NCBI GenBank assembly: GCA_963666835.2
Contig: CAXXGO010000006.1
Location: 608,001-672,000, forward strand
Source of the DNA: Phycisphaerae bacterium
Lineage (GTDB): Bacteria; Planctomycetota; Phycisphaerae; UBA1845
Direction: 5' to 3'
Length of the DNA stretch: 64,000 bases
Shown: piece after piece, positions 10,646 through 21,096 of the stretch
Layout: the number at the start of each line of letters is the position of its first letter
How positions within the stretch are numbered: the first letter of the stretch is position 1
Translations under genes and position numbers: made by a program
Notes under the pieces: generated by a model
The model's database searches: none
Seen by the model: the letters and a program-made list of their open reading frames with translations, nothing else
What the model was told of the DNA's origin: nothing

Positions 10646-11884
10646 TCAGGCGCTTCCGGCCGGTTGAGCGTTCCGTCTGGTCTCAGTAGGGGCCTCGTCG
10701 TCGAACACGGCATGATACCGTGCCCCGCACCCCTGGCAGATCCAGCCGGTAGCAGTTTCACCTACGTCCGTCCGGGCATGCCGCAGCGGAATCGGCAAGC
10801 CGCAGTCGATACAGCTTCCGATCCGACCCGTCAAGGTGTTAATCAGGTCATCAATCCGCCACGGTTTCTGAAGGAAGTGCTTGACCCCCAACGCGGCGAA
10901 GTCATCGCGGTGGTAGGCCCCGCTCGTGCCAACGATGACCGCGTCCGGTCGGGCCTGCCGAATCCTCTTGACCGTCTCCGCGGGTTTCGTGTTCGGGATG
11001 TTGTAGTCCATCACGACGAACTTCAGACCCTCGTCGTGTTCCAGGAGGCGGATCCCTTCGTTCGGAGACTCCACCGCGTGGCCGCTGGCTCCGACGCTCT
11101 CGAGAAGAGAGATAGAGAACGTGCGGTTCAATACTTCGTCGTCGAGTACGAGCACTCTTTCTTCAAAGGGCCACCGGGCGTGTACCGGATCCTTGAATCC
11201 CAGCAACATCTCCAGCAAGCTAAGATCGAGATACTGGGGATCGTCCGGATGCCGCAGGACAACAAGACGCAGATCGCTCGCCCTCTGGGCGCGTATGTGC
11301 CACGTCACTGACTCAGCCGCTTTCGGAAATACCACCACCCAATCCTCAACGGCCGCGTCCAGATCGGGAATCGCGTCCGGAGAGAATAGATCGGTCAGCG
11401 AGGCGGCTTCACCCCCCGCCCGCGTCTCACCGAGCATCTCACGGGCATGAGCGTTGGCATACGTGATCGTTCCGGCGCGATCCACCTCCAGCACGGCCAC
11501 CACCGCCCCGCCGTTCCTCGTCGGAACTCCCGCACCGGCGGCCTGGACCGCCGATCTGATCTGCTCTACATCAAACGGTTTCTCGACGAAATCGAAGACC
11601 CGGCTCTTGCCGGCCTCTGCCCGAAGGTCGGCAGAGGCGAATCCGGTCACCAGAATCGTTGCGACATCAGGCCGCACCGCCCGCAGCACCCGGGCCACAT
11701 GCAAGCCGTGAATGTGGTTCTTCAGCATCCAGTCCGCCACCAGGACATCGGGTCGATATCGCATACCGATATCGATGGCCTCCCGGCCGCTGGATGCCGT
11801 GCGGATCTCATGTCCGGCCGGCGCCAACGCGATCTCCAATTGGCGCCGGTATACTTCCTCGTCATCGACTATCAGAACTTTCAC
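10646..11884 (-). CDS. Response regulator, REC-PAS-REC with C-terminal Zn-ribbon
   Basis: Two receiver domains, each with DD, phospho-Asp and KP; PAS-like middle; C-terminal CIDC...CQGC. Confidence 0.85.
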   Translation of the reverse strand: MKVLIVDDEEVYRRQLEIALAPAGHEIRTASSGREAIDIGMRYRPDVLVADWMLKNHIHGLHVARVLRAVRPDVATILVTGFASADLRAEAGKSRVFDFVEKPFDVEQIRSAVQAAGAGVPTRNGGAVVAVLEVDRAGTITYANAHAREMLGETRAGGEAASLTDLFSPDAIPDLDAAVEDWVVVFPKAAESVTWHIRAQRASDLRLVVLRHPDDPQYLDLSLLEMLLGFKDPVHARWPFEERVLVLDDEVLNRTFSISLLESVGASGHAVESPNEGIRLLEHDEGLKFVVMDYNIPNTKPAETVKRIRQARPDAVIVGTSGAYHRDDFAALGVKHFLQKPWRIDDLINTLTGRIGSCIDCGLPIPLRHARTDVGETATGWICQGCGARYHAVFDDEAPTETRRNAQPAGSA

Positions 11885-14800
11885 GATTCCCTTCCTCCGT
11901 GGTGGTTGCTGAGCATAGCGGTAGGTCGATTATGAAGGTTGTACCCCTCCCCGGGCGACTCCGCACATCGATCGCACCCTGATGTTCAGTGATGATACCA
12001 TGCACGATACTCAGTCCAAGCCCGGTCCCGCCATATTCCCGGCGAGTAGTGAAGAATGGGTCAAACAGGTGCTTTATATGCTCCACGGGGATACCGCCGG
12101 CACTGTCTTGGACGATAGCTCGGACTGATTCCGTGGTTTTTTCCGTTCGGATGAGCACGCTCACCATGCCATCGCCGGTTTGAAGAGCGTTACGGATCAG
12201 GTTAACGAATACCTGCTCCAGCTCGAAAGGGTTCATATCGGTCGCCGGTACGTCCGGAGACAACTGGAGTTCGACGAGTCCTCCCCGATTTTCGACGAAC
12301 TGGCGGGTCAAAGTGGCGACCCGGCGGATCACCGCGTTGAGGTTGTATGCCCATTTCTCCGTCTCTCTCTGCCGGGCGAATTGAAGAACGCTCTGGATGA
12401 TCTGGCTGCAACGTTTGGCATTGTCGATGACATCCTCAAGACACGTGTCCAGCAACTCGGGATCGTTCGCTTGCTCCATCAGCTCCCGAGCGTTCTGGGC
12501 GGCCAACAGGATTCCCCCGACCGGATTGTTGATCTCGTGAGCGATGCCGGCAGCGAGAGTGCCGATCGACGCCAGCCGTTCGGCCTGGCGAAGTTGCTCG
12601 CGCGATTTGTCCAGCTCGCGCGTACGCTCCTCCACAAGCTCCTCCAAGTGGAAGCGATGTCGCTCCAACGCCTCCTCTATGTTCTTGCGTTCGGTAATGT
12701 CCCAGTCGATTCCGCTCCATCGAACCGGTTCGTTTCGGGTGTTGCGTTGGATTCGTCCGCGGCACAGCATCCACCGGATGCCTCCGTCGCGGTGACGTAT
12801 TCTGTATTCTATCTCGGAGAGTTCCTCGCGCCCGGCTAATTGCTTCTGCGCGTCCTCGTCCAACCGTTTCAGGTCTTCCGGGGGAATCCGGTCGCGCCAC
12901 GCCTGCCAGGAGTCCGGAAACTCCTTCTCTGCAAAACCGATTAGGGCTTTGAGCCGGTTGGACAGGAAGACGTCCTCTGGGATTGTCTGCGGACTGGATG
13001 GATCGAGCACAATATCCCAACAACCGCCATGGGATCCGGCAACTGCCAGGTCGAGACGCTGCTCGCTTTCACGAAGAGCCTCTTCGGCAAGCCTTCGCTG
13101 AAGAACAACCGAGGCCTGGTTCACATAGGTCTCGATCAGCTCGGCATTACCCAGATGCGCCCCTTCGTACAGCCCGATGGTAACATTCCCCAGAATCTCG
13201 CCCTTTCGCAAGACGGGTATCGTGTACAGGTCGCCGATCCCCGGCAGCAGATGAAGCGTCTGCAAGATCCAATCCGGGACCGATCCCTCCGGCGGTTCGC
13301 GAGGCGCTCCCCGGAGCTTCGTCAGCTTGGATCGTAAGTCACGCGTCTGCAAGCTGCGTTCGAAGACAAAAGTCGACCCAACCGGATTCTGCCCGAGCAG
13401 GCTGTCAGATGCATCAAACAGCCGTCCTTCTCCACGAATCGCGCGGATGACCGCCCGTTCGTGTGACGCATCTACGGCACTAGTGACTACGACGGCGTCT
13501 TTGACAAGCTCATGGAGATGCTCGGCGATTAACTCGAAAGCATCCTGTTCCGGGGGGAGATCCACAAACTCCATCGTCGTCCGCGAGAGGAATCTCATCT
13601 CTTCCAGCAGCCGTCTCTCCTCTTCCTGCGCAACCTTGCGATCGTGGATGTCCTGGAACGAACCCGACATTCGGGTCGGTTTGCCGGCTTTGTTCCACAG
13701 GGCTTGCCCGCGCGCGCGGAACCAACGGTACTCGCCGGACTTCGTGCGAAGGCGGTATTCGACATCGTAGGCCGCGCGTCGCTCGAGGTGCTCCCGCAAC
13801 GCGCGGGCCACGCGGTCGCGATCGTTCTGATGCAATAGTTCATGAAACGACTTCGCATTGGGCTCGAACTCGTTGACGGCGTAGCCGAGCAGCTCGAAAC
13901 AGCGCGGCGACCACCATTCAACGTCGCTGCTGAGGTCCGACCAGTCCCACAGACCGTCGCTGGATCCCAGCGCGGCCAGCTCGAATCGTTCCTGGCTATC
14001 CCGAAGCTCCCGTTGCATCCGGGTTCGCTGCGTAATGTCCCGGGCGGTCGTGTGCATGTAGTCGATCCCGTCGACCGTGATCCGGCGGTTGCTGAACTCC
14101 GTAGTCACCCTCCGGCCGCTCTTGGTGAGAAGCTTAGCCTGGCTTGTAATCGGGATACCGGCCATGATCTCCGCAAAGTGCTTATCGAGCGCCGTCCGAT
14201 CTTCGGGTCCGTGTACGTCGGGAATCGTCATGCCGCGGAGCTCGTCCTGAGAGTATTCCGTGAGATCTGCGGCAGCTTGATTGACGTCGACAAAGGCCGC
14301 GTTCTCATCCACGATGAAGATTGCATCCCGCGACCCGTCGAAGACGGAGCGGAACCACTCCTCGGACACTCGCAGGGCGTTCTCCGCGCGCTTCTGTTCG
14401 GTTATGTCCTCAACCGTTCCCTCATAGAAGACCGCTTTTCCGGAAGCATCTCTAACGACTCGGGTGTTCTCCCGGACGATGATCGGGCAGCCATCCTGCC
14501 GAATCCAAGTCGCCTCAAGCCCTCCAATGACCCCTTCCCGCTCCAGCCGCTCCCGAAATGTGCGTCGGCCGTACTCGGGTTCGAACCCCTCTGACTCCAG
14601 GTTGCGTTTGGCCAACTCACGGAAGTCTGGAAACGCCAACATCCTGATCAGTGCCGGGTTTGCCCCGTCGATTCGTCCATCAGGAGTTGTGCGGTAGATT
14701 CCGATCGGAGCGTTTTCAAACAACGAGCGGTACTTCTCTTCACTCGCCGCTAAAGCTAATTCAGTGCGTTTTCGCTCGGTGATATCGCGGGCCGTACCTA

Positions 14801-17800
14801 GAACGCCGATGATCTTCCCTTCCTTATCTCGCATCGGAGTGTTGCTGAATTGGCATACCGGGCCCGCCGCTAAGGTCAGCTCAAACTCGAGGCTCTCTCC
14901 CGCCAGCGAACGCTCATAGATGCCCATCACCACCTTCTGACCTTCATTGTCGAACAACGGCAAGAACGGCCGGTTCACGATTTCCTCAACCGGCAAGCCC
15001 GTCAACCTCTCAGCCGCCCGATTGACATAAGTCACATTGCCTCTTGTATCCGTTTCGTAGGCAACGTCGTTCAGATTATTCAGAAAGAGCCTGAAACGCT
15101 CTTCGCTGTGACTCTGAGCCTGCTGGGCGGCCAGCCGCTCGGCAATCTCCTTCCGCAACCTGTCGTTGGCATCCTGAAGTTCCCGGGTCCGAGCCGCCAC
15201 CCGTCCTTCCAGCTCGGTGTGGGAGATCCGCAAGGTCTCCTCCGCGCGCCGATGATCGTCAACATCCACGCACGAACCGACAAAGCCCAAGAAAGATCCG
15301 TCTGCCGCGAACCGGGGAACGCCGGTAACGCGTACCCATCGATACTCGCCATCACTTCGGCGGAGACGATGCTCCGAGCGCCAGCGCACCCGAGCCGCGA
15401 CCGCCGCGCGGTACGCCGCCCAGCTTTCTTCGACATCCTCAGGATGCACGCTGACCGGGCTCCCCGCGCCGTACTCCTCCTCCAGGGTGCGACCCGTGAA
15501 TTCATGCCACGTCCGATTGAGATAGGTGATCGCCCCGTCCGGGCCGGACATCCACACCATCACGGGAGTCGTATCGGCCATCGTGCGAAAACGGCCTTCG
15601 CTCTCGCGCAATACCTCCACACTCCGGCTCTGGCGAATGATCATCATCACCGCCGAGAGAACCACGGCCAGGAACGTTCCGGCCGTCATGAGCAGGAACA
15701 ACGGATGGCGATGGACCGGATAGGGAATGTCAAAGCTGATCCGGGCGCTGGCTGCCGGAGAATCCGCCAACCGGCAGCGCGCTTGGACGACCAGGCTATG
15801 ACTCCCCGAGCCGACGACCACTGCCCCCGGATGCTCCACCGACCATTCCGACCATCCCTCGTCGTCGAGAAGATACCGCGTCTCAATCTGGGATTCCGCG
15901 ACCAACGCCTCCCGGGCGGTGGCATGCCAATGCAGCAATGCCGACCCCTCGCGCATCGCCGGTTTGACCACTTCCACGTGCAGGTCGGCGTCTTCCAGCG
16001 CAAGTCGGTCAAGTACCGCTACGCCTTCACCCAACGTGCCGACGTAAATGTGATCCTCGGTGGGCAGTACCGGCCAGAAGGAAGAATGACCGAGGCCATC
16101 GGCTGCTCGAAAAGTGTACCACCGGCCCTGCCGGTACTTCTGAACCGCACCCGAGCAAGTAAGCCACAGCCCTCCACGAGGATCGGCCCGAACATCCTGA
16201 ATCTGATTGTCGATAAGCCCGTCTTCGGTGGTCAGATACTGAGGCACTCCGTCCCGCACGGTTCCCAGGCCGTTCAACCGGTCGGTGAACCACACCGTGT
16301 TGTCCCGGTCAACGGTTATTGCCCAGATTCGGCTCTTCGCTAACCCATTGGCGATGGTCCAATGCGTCCACTCGCCATCCTCCAATCGACTGAGCCCGGC
16401 CGCGGTCCCGAACCAGTACTCGCCCTCCAGCCCTTCGGCGAATGCATATACACGGTCATGCAGAAGTCCGTCGCGGGTCGTCCAATGGGTGAACCGGTCG
16501 TTCTCATACACCGCCACTCCCACGCCATAAGAGTTGCTGTTGTCCAGAGCATCTCCTAACCCCAGAAACCACGGTCGACCGCGCCGGTCTATGCGCACCT
16601 TGTGACGATAACCGGGAAGTCCCTGCTCAGAGCCGAAGTGCTGCCAGTTCGACCCGTCGAACCGGAAGACCCCTTCGTAGGCCCCCCCACTCGTCACCCA
16701 TACTGCGCCCCTCCCGTCTTCGGCGATTCCCGTCGAGTCGCACATCCTCTGACCGGCGATATCGTTGATCCGCCGCACCGTCCCGTCCGGATCGCGGACC
16801 TGCACGCCCTCGGTCGATGTAATCCAGATGTGACCGTCACGCGCCTCTACAATCTCAGTGATTCGGTTCAGGCTGCCCGGAGACCGATCCTTCCAGTGAT
16901 CCCAGAGCCGGATGACCGCAGAGTGGACGTAGAGCCCGTGATCCGTTCCGACCCAAAGGTCCCCGTTCGAACTGAACTCCAGCGACGTTACCCCCGCAAA
17001 CTGTGGTCCACCCGACTCGAACTCGGCCCACACTCCGTGCTGCCGCACGTGGATTACCCCGGTGTCTTCCACCGCCAGGGCAAACCCGTCCGAGCCCGAA
17101 GCCACCGCGCTGAACCGGCCACAGTGCTGCGGCAGGACCAGAACCGGGTCGGGGCCCTCCGACCATTCCCAAAGCCCCCGGTCGACCCCGCCACGCCCGA
17201 CCCAGCCGAAGGCGATCCCATCCGACTCGGACACTCGGGTGATGTCTCCCCGAGGCGCCTGGCTGGCCAAGTGCAAAACCCAGGAACCCTCCGCCCATCG
17301 ATACAGACCCCCGCGAGCACGAGCCAGAATACTCTCATCCGAACTGCTCCACACATCGAACACCTCTGGGTCCTGCGGGTGGTTCGGCCCATCGACGCGG
17401 GTCACTTCCCAACGGTCGGCCATGAACAGAACAGACTGGTCTGTTCGACGGTTTCTCCCTACCAGAAAATACTCGTGTTGCCCGAGCGGCGCGACGGCTG
17501 CTACCACGTACTCAGCGTCATCCAACGTAGGCCGGAACCGCTGCATCCCAGTCCGACCGCCGCGATACAAAACGCCGCCTGCAAAAACCAACACCTTGCC
17601 CCTTTCGTCAGCGGCGAGGCCCGTAAGCGGCGCCGCAGGCAACCCTTCCGCCGGTCCGACAGTTCTCCAGCGATATCCGTCATACCACGCCAGCCCCGCC
17701 GTCGTGGATGCCCAGACGGTCCCGTCCGCCGCCTCGCAGATGTCGATGATGCGCCCGGACGGCAATCCGCTCTCCGTCGAGAAATGACGCCAGCGCCACG

Positions 17801-17972
17801 GATCGTTAAGCCCATGAGGGTCCGAAGGACCCGCGGCCTCCGTAGAACCCGGCCAGCACAGTGTCGGAACCAATAGCCCGACACCCAGCAACCATGACCG
17901 GGCACCCCCACGGCCGGGATTCGAGGATCCCCGGCCAATAAGGCGATGCCAAGCCGTTTTCAGAATGCGCAT
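11862..17972 (-). CDS. Large sensor histidine kinase: periplasmic beta-propeller (Reg_prop-type), TM, multiple PAS, GAF-like, HisKA/HATPase
   Basis: Repeated 'DGL..','G.LW.GT..GL' blades; PAS/PAC repeats; AHEINNP, FDPFFTT, GTGLGL; start ATG 17972 with GGAGG. Confidence 0.9.
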   Translation of the reverse strand: MRILKTAWHRLIGRGSSNPGRGGARSWLLGVGLLVPTLCWPGSTEAAGPSDPHGLNDPWRWRHFSTESGLPSGRIIDICEAADGTVWASTTAGLAWYDGYRWRTVGPAEGLPAAPLTGLAADERGKVLVFAGGVLYRGGRTGMQRFRPTLDDAEYVVAAVAPLGQHEYFLVGRNRRTDQSVLFMADRWEVTRVDGPNHPQDPEVFDVWSSSDESILARARGGLYRWAEGSWVLHLASQAPRGDITRVSESDGIAFGWVGRGGVDRGLWEWSEGPDPVLVLPQHCGRFSAVASGSDGFALAVEDTGVIHVRQHGVWAEFESGGPQFAGVTSLEFSSNGDLWVGTDHGLYVHSAVIRLWDHWKDRSPGSLNRITEIVEARDGHIWITSTEGVQVRDPDGTVRRINDIAGQRMCDSTGIAEDGRGAVWVTSGGAYEGVFRFDGSNWQHFGSEQGLPGYRHKVRIDRRGRPWFLGLGDALDNSNSYGVGVAVYENDRFTHWTTRDGLLHDRVYAFAEGLEGEYWFGTAAGLSRLEDGEWTHWTIANGLAKSRIWAITVDRDNTVWFTDRLNGLGTVRDGVPQYLTTEDGLIDNQIQDVRADPRGGLWLTCSGAVQKYRQGRWYTFRAADGLGHSSFWPVLPTEDHIYVGTLGEGVAVLDRLALEDADLHVEVVKPAMREGSALLHWHATAREALVAESQIETRYLLDDEGWSEWSVEHPGAVVVGSGSHSLVVQARCRLADSPAASARISFDIPYPVHRHPLFLLMTAGTFLAVVLSAVMMIIRQSRSVEVLRESEGRFRTMADTTPVMVWMSGPDGAITYLNRTWHEFTGRTLEEEYGAGSPVSVHPEDVEESWAAYRAAVAARVRWRSEHRLRRSDGEYRWVRVTGVPRFAADGSFLGFVGSCVDVDDHRRAEETLRISHTELEGRVAARTRELQDANDRLRKEIAERLAAQQAQSHSEERFRLFLNNLNDVAYETDTRGNVTYVNRAAERLTGLPVEEIVNRPFLPLFDNEGQKVVMGIYERSLAGESLEFELTLAAGPVCQFSNTPMRDKEGKIIGVLGTARDITERKRTELALAASEEKYRSLFENAPIGIYRTTPDGRIDGANPALIRMLAFPDFRELAKRNLESEGFEPEYGRRTFRERLEREGVIGGLEATWIRQDGCPIIVRENTRVVRDASGKAVFYEGTVEDITEQKRAENALRVSEEWFRSVFDGSRDAIFIVDENAAFVDVNQAAADLTEYSQDELRGMTIPDVHGPEDRTALDKHFAEIMAGIPITSQAKLLTKSGRRVTTEFSNRRITVDGIDYMHTTARDITQRTRMQRELRDSQERFELAALGSSDGLWDWSDLSSDVEWWSPRCFELLGYAVNEFEPNAKSFHELLHQNDRDRVARALREHLERRAAYDVEYRLRTKSGEYRWFRARGQALWNKAGKPTRMSGSFQDIHDRKVAQEEERRLLEEMRFLSRTTMEFVDLPPEQDAFELIAEHLHELVKDAVVVTSAVDASHERAVIRAIRGEGRLFDASDSLLGQNPVGSTFVFERSLQTRDLRSKLTKLRGAPREPPEGSVPDWILQTLHLLPGIGDLYTIPVLRKGEILGNVTIGLYEGAHLGNAELIETYVNQASVVLQRRLAEEALRESEQRLDLAVAGSHGGCWDIVLDPSSPQTIPEDVFLSNRLKALIGFAEKEFPDSWQAWRDRIPPEDLKRLDEDAQKQLAGREELSEIEYRIRHRDGGIRWMLCRGRIQRNTRNEPVRWSGIDWDITERKNIEEALERHRFHLEELVEERTRELDKSREQLRQAERLASIGTLAAGIAHEINNPVGGILLAAQNARELMEQANDPELLDTCLEDVIDNAKRCSQIIQSVLQFARQRETEKWAYNLNAVIRRVATLTRQFVENRGGLVELQLSPDVPATDMNPFELEQVFVNLIRNALQTGDGMVSVLIRTEKTTESVRAIVQDSAGGIPVEHIKHLFDPFFTTRREYGGTGLGLSIVHGIITEHQGAIDVRSRPGRGTTFIIDLPLCSATTTEEGNRESSDSR

Positions 17973-18330
17973 TACGACCTCCGTGGAACGATGGATGCGA
18001 CGGATTGTCGACAGCGCGGGCGCGCACGACCGAACGGCCAAACGAGCTCCGCGCTGGACGCCGAGGATACCCTATTTGCCCTGGCAAAACCATCTTCTCA
18101 CCGCGAGGTCGCCCGCGGTTACCTGGGAAACGCCGGCGGGGCAAGGTGGCTCGTTGCGATCCTGTATCGCGGCTCGGCGGGAGTGCTGCGAGGCCACGGC
18201 GAAGCCCCATATGCAGAAGACGAGTCGATTCCGCCATCCGAACCCGTGCCGTGCATCTTGAAATGGCGTTCTTCTCGGACCCGCGGGTTTTCCACTTGTC
18301 TCGGCGCCGGGGATATCAGAGGTTTGATTC

Positions 18331-19134
18331 GTGATATCAGCGATTACCAACACCAGCGCGCTGGCCGCTAAGACCGCGCTCAACCGGAACCAGAGCAGCC
18401 TTGCGGCGAACCTGCAACGGCTGTCTACCGGCAAGAGAATCAACTCCGGAAAGGACGATCCGGCGGGCCTGATCTCTAGCGAGCAACTGAGCCTTGAGAT
18501 CAGATCACTGGAAGCCCAGAGCCGCGCCCTACGCCGAGCGGATGCCAACGCTAACGTCACGGAAGGCCACACCCGCCAACTGTCGAGCCTGATGGCCGAT
18601 CTCAACGGTCTGGTAGTATCCAGTGCCAACCAGGCCGGAATGAGCGATGCGGAGATCGAAGCCAACCAGATGCAGGCGGACAGTATCGTCAACAGCATTC
18701 GACGGTTCACTAGTGACGCGGTTACGTCGCTCGGCGGCATCTCCATGTCCGGCGATGGGAACGTTGAAGTCGAGGCGATGCTGAATTCGGCGGCTTCGGC
18801 CGCGGCCTCGCTGGCAACCGGCGGAGCCAACGACCTGCGCAGCGGCAACCTCGAAGCGGCCCAGACGGCCATCTCCGGCGCCATCACGAACGTAGCCACT
18901 GCCCGCGGTCGAATCGGCACGTTTCAGAAAGACGATCTTCAGCCGCGGTACAACTCCAATCAGGTAGCGATCACCAACCTGACGGAAGCCAGGAGTATGA
19001 TTGTCGACACCGACTTTGCCGTGGAAACCGGCAACCTGACCCGCAACACCATCCTCGTACACTCGAACATGAAGACCCTGCAGATCGCCCAACAACAGGC
19101 CGGCACCGTCCTCAACCTGCTGTCCCCGCTCTGA
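18331..19134 (+). CDS. fliC: Flagellin (short, little variable region)
   Basis: N-terminal RLSTGKRINSGKDDPAGL; C-terminal IVDTDFAVET...VLNLL. Confidence 0.88.
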   Translation: MISAITNTSALAAKTALNRNQSSLAANLQRLSTGKRINSGKDDPAGLISSEQLSLEIRSLEAQSRALRRADANANVTEGHTRQLSSLMADLNGLVVSSANQAGMSDAEIEANQMQADSIVNSIRRFTSDAVTSLGGISMSGDGNVEVEAMLNSAASAAASLATGGANDLRSGNLEAAQTAISGAITNVATARGRIGTFQKDDLQPRYNSNQVAITNLTEARSMIVDTDFAVETGNLTRNTILVHSNMKTLQIAQQQAGTVLNLLSPL

Positions 19135-19191
19135 CCGCTGCATAGGTGATCGGTCTACGCTGCCGGTTCTTGATTGCGGATTCCGCCTTGC

Positions 19192-19713
19192 TTACCGAGG
19201 CAGAATGCGCGCCAGCTCCGTAATTCGTGCCAGGTGGTAGTCATCGTGCTCGGCGGCGAAGAGGCAAAGGTCTACCAGGCGCATCGGCTTCTGCAGGCGG
19301 GGGTGTTGGCATGCCGTGCCGAAGGCCTCCTCGTCCAGGCCGTCCAGGCGAGTCACAAGCCGGGTCCGTGCTTGGCGAAACGACGCGGTTAAGAGCCCGA
19401 TTTCGACGGCGTCGTGATCGGCTTCGCAGGTCCGGCGGTTGGTGACGTCGGCGGGGCGCATGGTCTCCTGGCCACCGAGGATGTCGTCGATCCGCCCGAT
19501 CCACAACTGCTCCACGTCGACCAGGTGCCCCACGTTTCGCTGAATGGACCAGCTTTCGCCTTCCTGTAAGGTCAGAATCTCCGGCGGCAACGACCCGATT
19601 CTCTCTTCCAGCCGGGCCGGCGTACCCCGGAGCCGCTCGACAATGTCCGGGTACTTGGTAACCGGGAAGGCGAAATCGAACTTCCGCTCGAACCAGGCGA
19701 ACTTGGCAGGCAT
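19192..19713 (-). CDS. DinB/YfiT-family protein
   Basis: WSIQRNVGHL and AEHDDYHL His motifs; start trimmed to ATG 19713. Confidence 0.85.
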   Translation of the reverse strand: MPAKFAWFERKFDFAFPVTKYPDIVERLRGTPARLEERIGSLPPEILTLQEGESWSIQRNVGHLVDVEQLWIGRIDDILGGQETMRPADVTNRRTCEADHDAVEIGLLTASFRQARTRLVTRLDGLDEEAFGTACQHPRLQKPMRLVDLCLFAAEHDDYHLARITELARILPR

Positions 19714-19853
19714 GGGTTTGTTCCTCAGCCAAACATCGTGCCGGGCGTTATTCCGTTCGGCCATTCGCGGCGCGGCGACGTCCGACCGGAGATGACCTGT
19801 CATACGGGCGACACCACCTGGGCTCCCGCTCGCCGCAACGTCGTATCGGAGCA

Positions 19854-20843
19854 TCAGTCCCACAAGGTCGCGCTCGGGGAGGCTTCCTCCCGGCGTCCGC
19901 GCCTGCCTGACCCGCTCTTCTTGATCCGCTTGCCGGTTGACGTGCGGATGGTCCCGTTGGCGGTATTCGGCACGCTCAGCAGCGGGTTCTCGGCGCCGTC
20001 CAGCGGGTCGCCGGGGGTGATGCGATTAAGCCGGGCCCGGCCTTGCTTGACGTACTCTTCGGACAGTTCAGTGCCAAGCCATTGACGCTTGAGCTTCTTC
20101 GCCACGGCCAGGGTGGTCGCGCTTCCGGAAAACGGATCGAAGACCAGCTCGCCTTCGTTGGAGCAAGCCCGGATAATACGCCCCAGCAGATGCTCGGGCA
20201 TCTGGCAGCCGTGAAAGCCCTTGCGCTCCTTGAACGTGCCGCATACGCGGGAAAAATACCACGTATCGCTGTCGGCCGTGAACCCCTCCGGGTGATCCTG
20301 AGGACGCAGAATCCACGATTCCTCGGGAGCCGGGCGGATGATCCAGGTGTCATCCGGGACCCGTCCTTTCGGGTTGGCCCGCTTGTCGCCGTAGACAAGC
20401 TGACGCGCCGACGGCACTCGAATCTCCATATCGTTGAACGTAAAGAGCTTCGGGTTCTTCACGAAGTGAAACAGATGCGCGTGAGAACGCGTGAACTTCG
20501 AGTGACAATGGACCCCGAACGTGTAATACCAGACCACCCAACTGCGACAGGTGAAGCCCAGCTCGCGGGTGGCCAACACCTTCAGCTCGGCCGCATACTC
20601 ATCCCCGATAGCCAACCAGAACGCCCCGGTCGGCATCAAGATGCGCTTAACCTCGCTCATCCACGCCTTGGACCAATCGAGGTACTCATCGCAAGAGCGC
20701 TCATCGTCGTAAACGTCGTAATCGTAGCCGATGTTGAAGGGCGGATCGGCGAAGATCAGATCGACGCAGCCGGCGTCGAGCTTCTGCATGCGCGCAACAC
20801 AATCGCCTTGAATAATCCGGTTGACTGCCGGCGGCATGGTCAT
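19854..20843 (-). CDS. Orphan amino-DNA methyltransferase (beta class, N4C/N6A)
   Basis: DPPF catalytic motif precedes the FDPFSGS SAM-binding motif; no adjacent restriction endonuclease. Confidence 0.9.
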   Translation of the reverse strand: MTMPPAVNRIIQGDCVARMQKLDAGCVDLIFADPPFNIGYDYDVYDDERSCDEYLDWSKAWMSEVKRILMPTGAFWLAIGDEYAAELKVLATRELGFTCRSWVVWYYTFGVHCHSKFTRSHAHLFHFVKNPKLFTFNDMEIRVPSARQLVYGDKRANPKGRVPDDTWIIRPAPEESWILRPQDHPEGFTADSDTWYFSRVCGTFKERKGFHGCQMPEHLLGRIIRACSNEGELVFDPFSGSATTLAVAKKLKRQWLGTELSEEYVKQGRARLNRITPGDPLDGAENPLLSVPNTANGTIRTSTGKRIKKSGSGRRGRREEASPSATLWD

Positions 20844-21010
20844 TCCTCCCTGGCCTTACAGGTTCATCAACTCCGTCGCGGTGCGATATCGTAACGGGCT
20901 TCACCAATCGAGCAAGAGCCGCGTCCCGCAACGAAGCGTAAGGTAAGGTCCACCAACAGCGGGCCCAACAAATCACAGGGGGACGGCGTCCTAGAAAACC
21001 ACCTTACCAG

Positions 21011-21039
21011 TTGCTCACCGAACAAACCCCGAATATAAT
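21011..21039 (+). promoter_or_regulatory. Sigma70-type promoter with an overlapping GAAC-N7-GAAT direct repeat
   Basis: TTGCTC-17bp-TATAAT, 57 bp before the radical SAM start. Confidence 0.6.
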
Positions 21040-21096
21040 GCCGGGCATGTTCACCGGCCGGCGATCACCGCGATGGGCTCAACGGGCGGGCGATAG

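Noticed and set aside
18072..18920. 282-aa antisense ORF over flagellin (likewise long antisense ORFs such as 37179-38645, 15108-16343, 16602-17876, 27179-28333)
   Set aside because: Shadow frames of well-supported genes in GC-rich DNA; no recognisable motifs.
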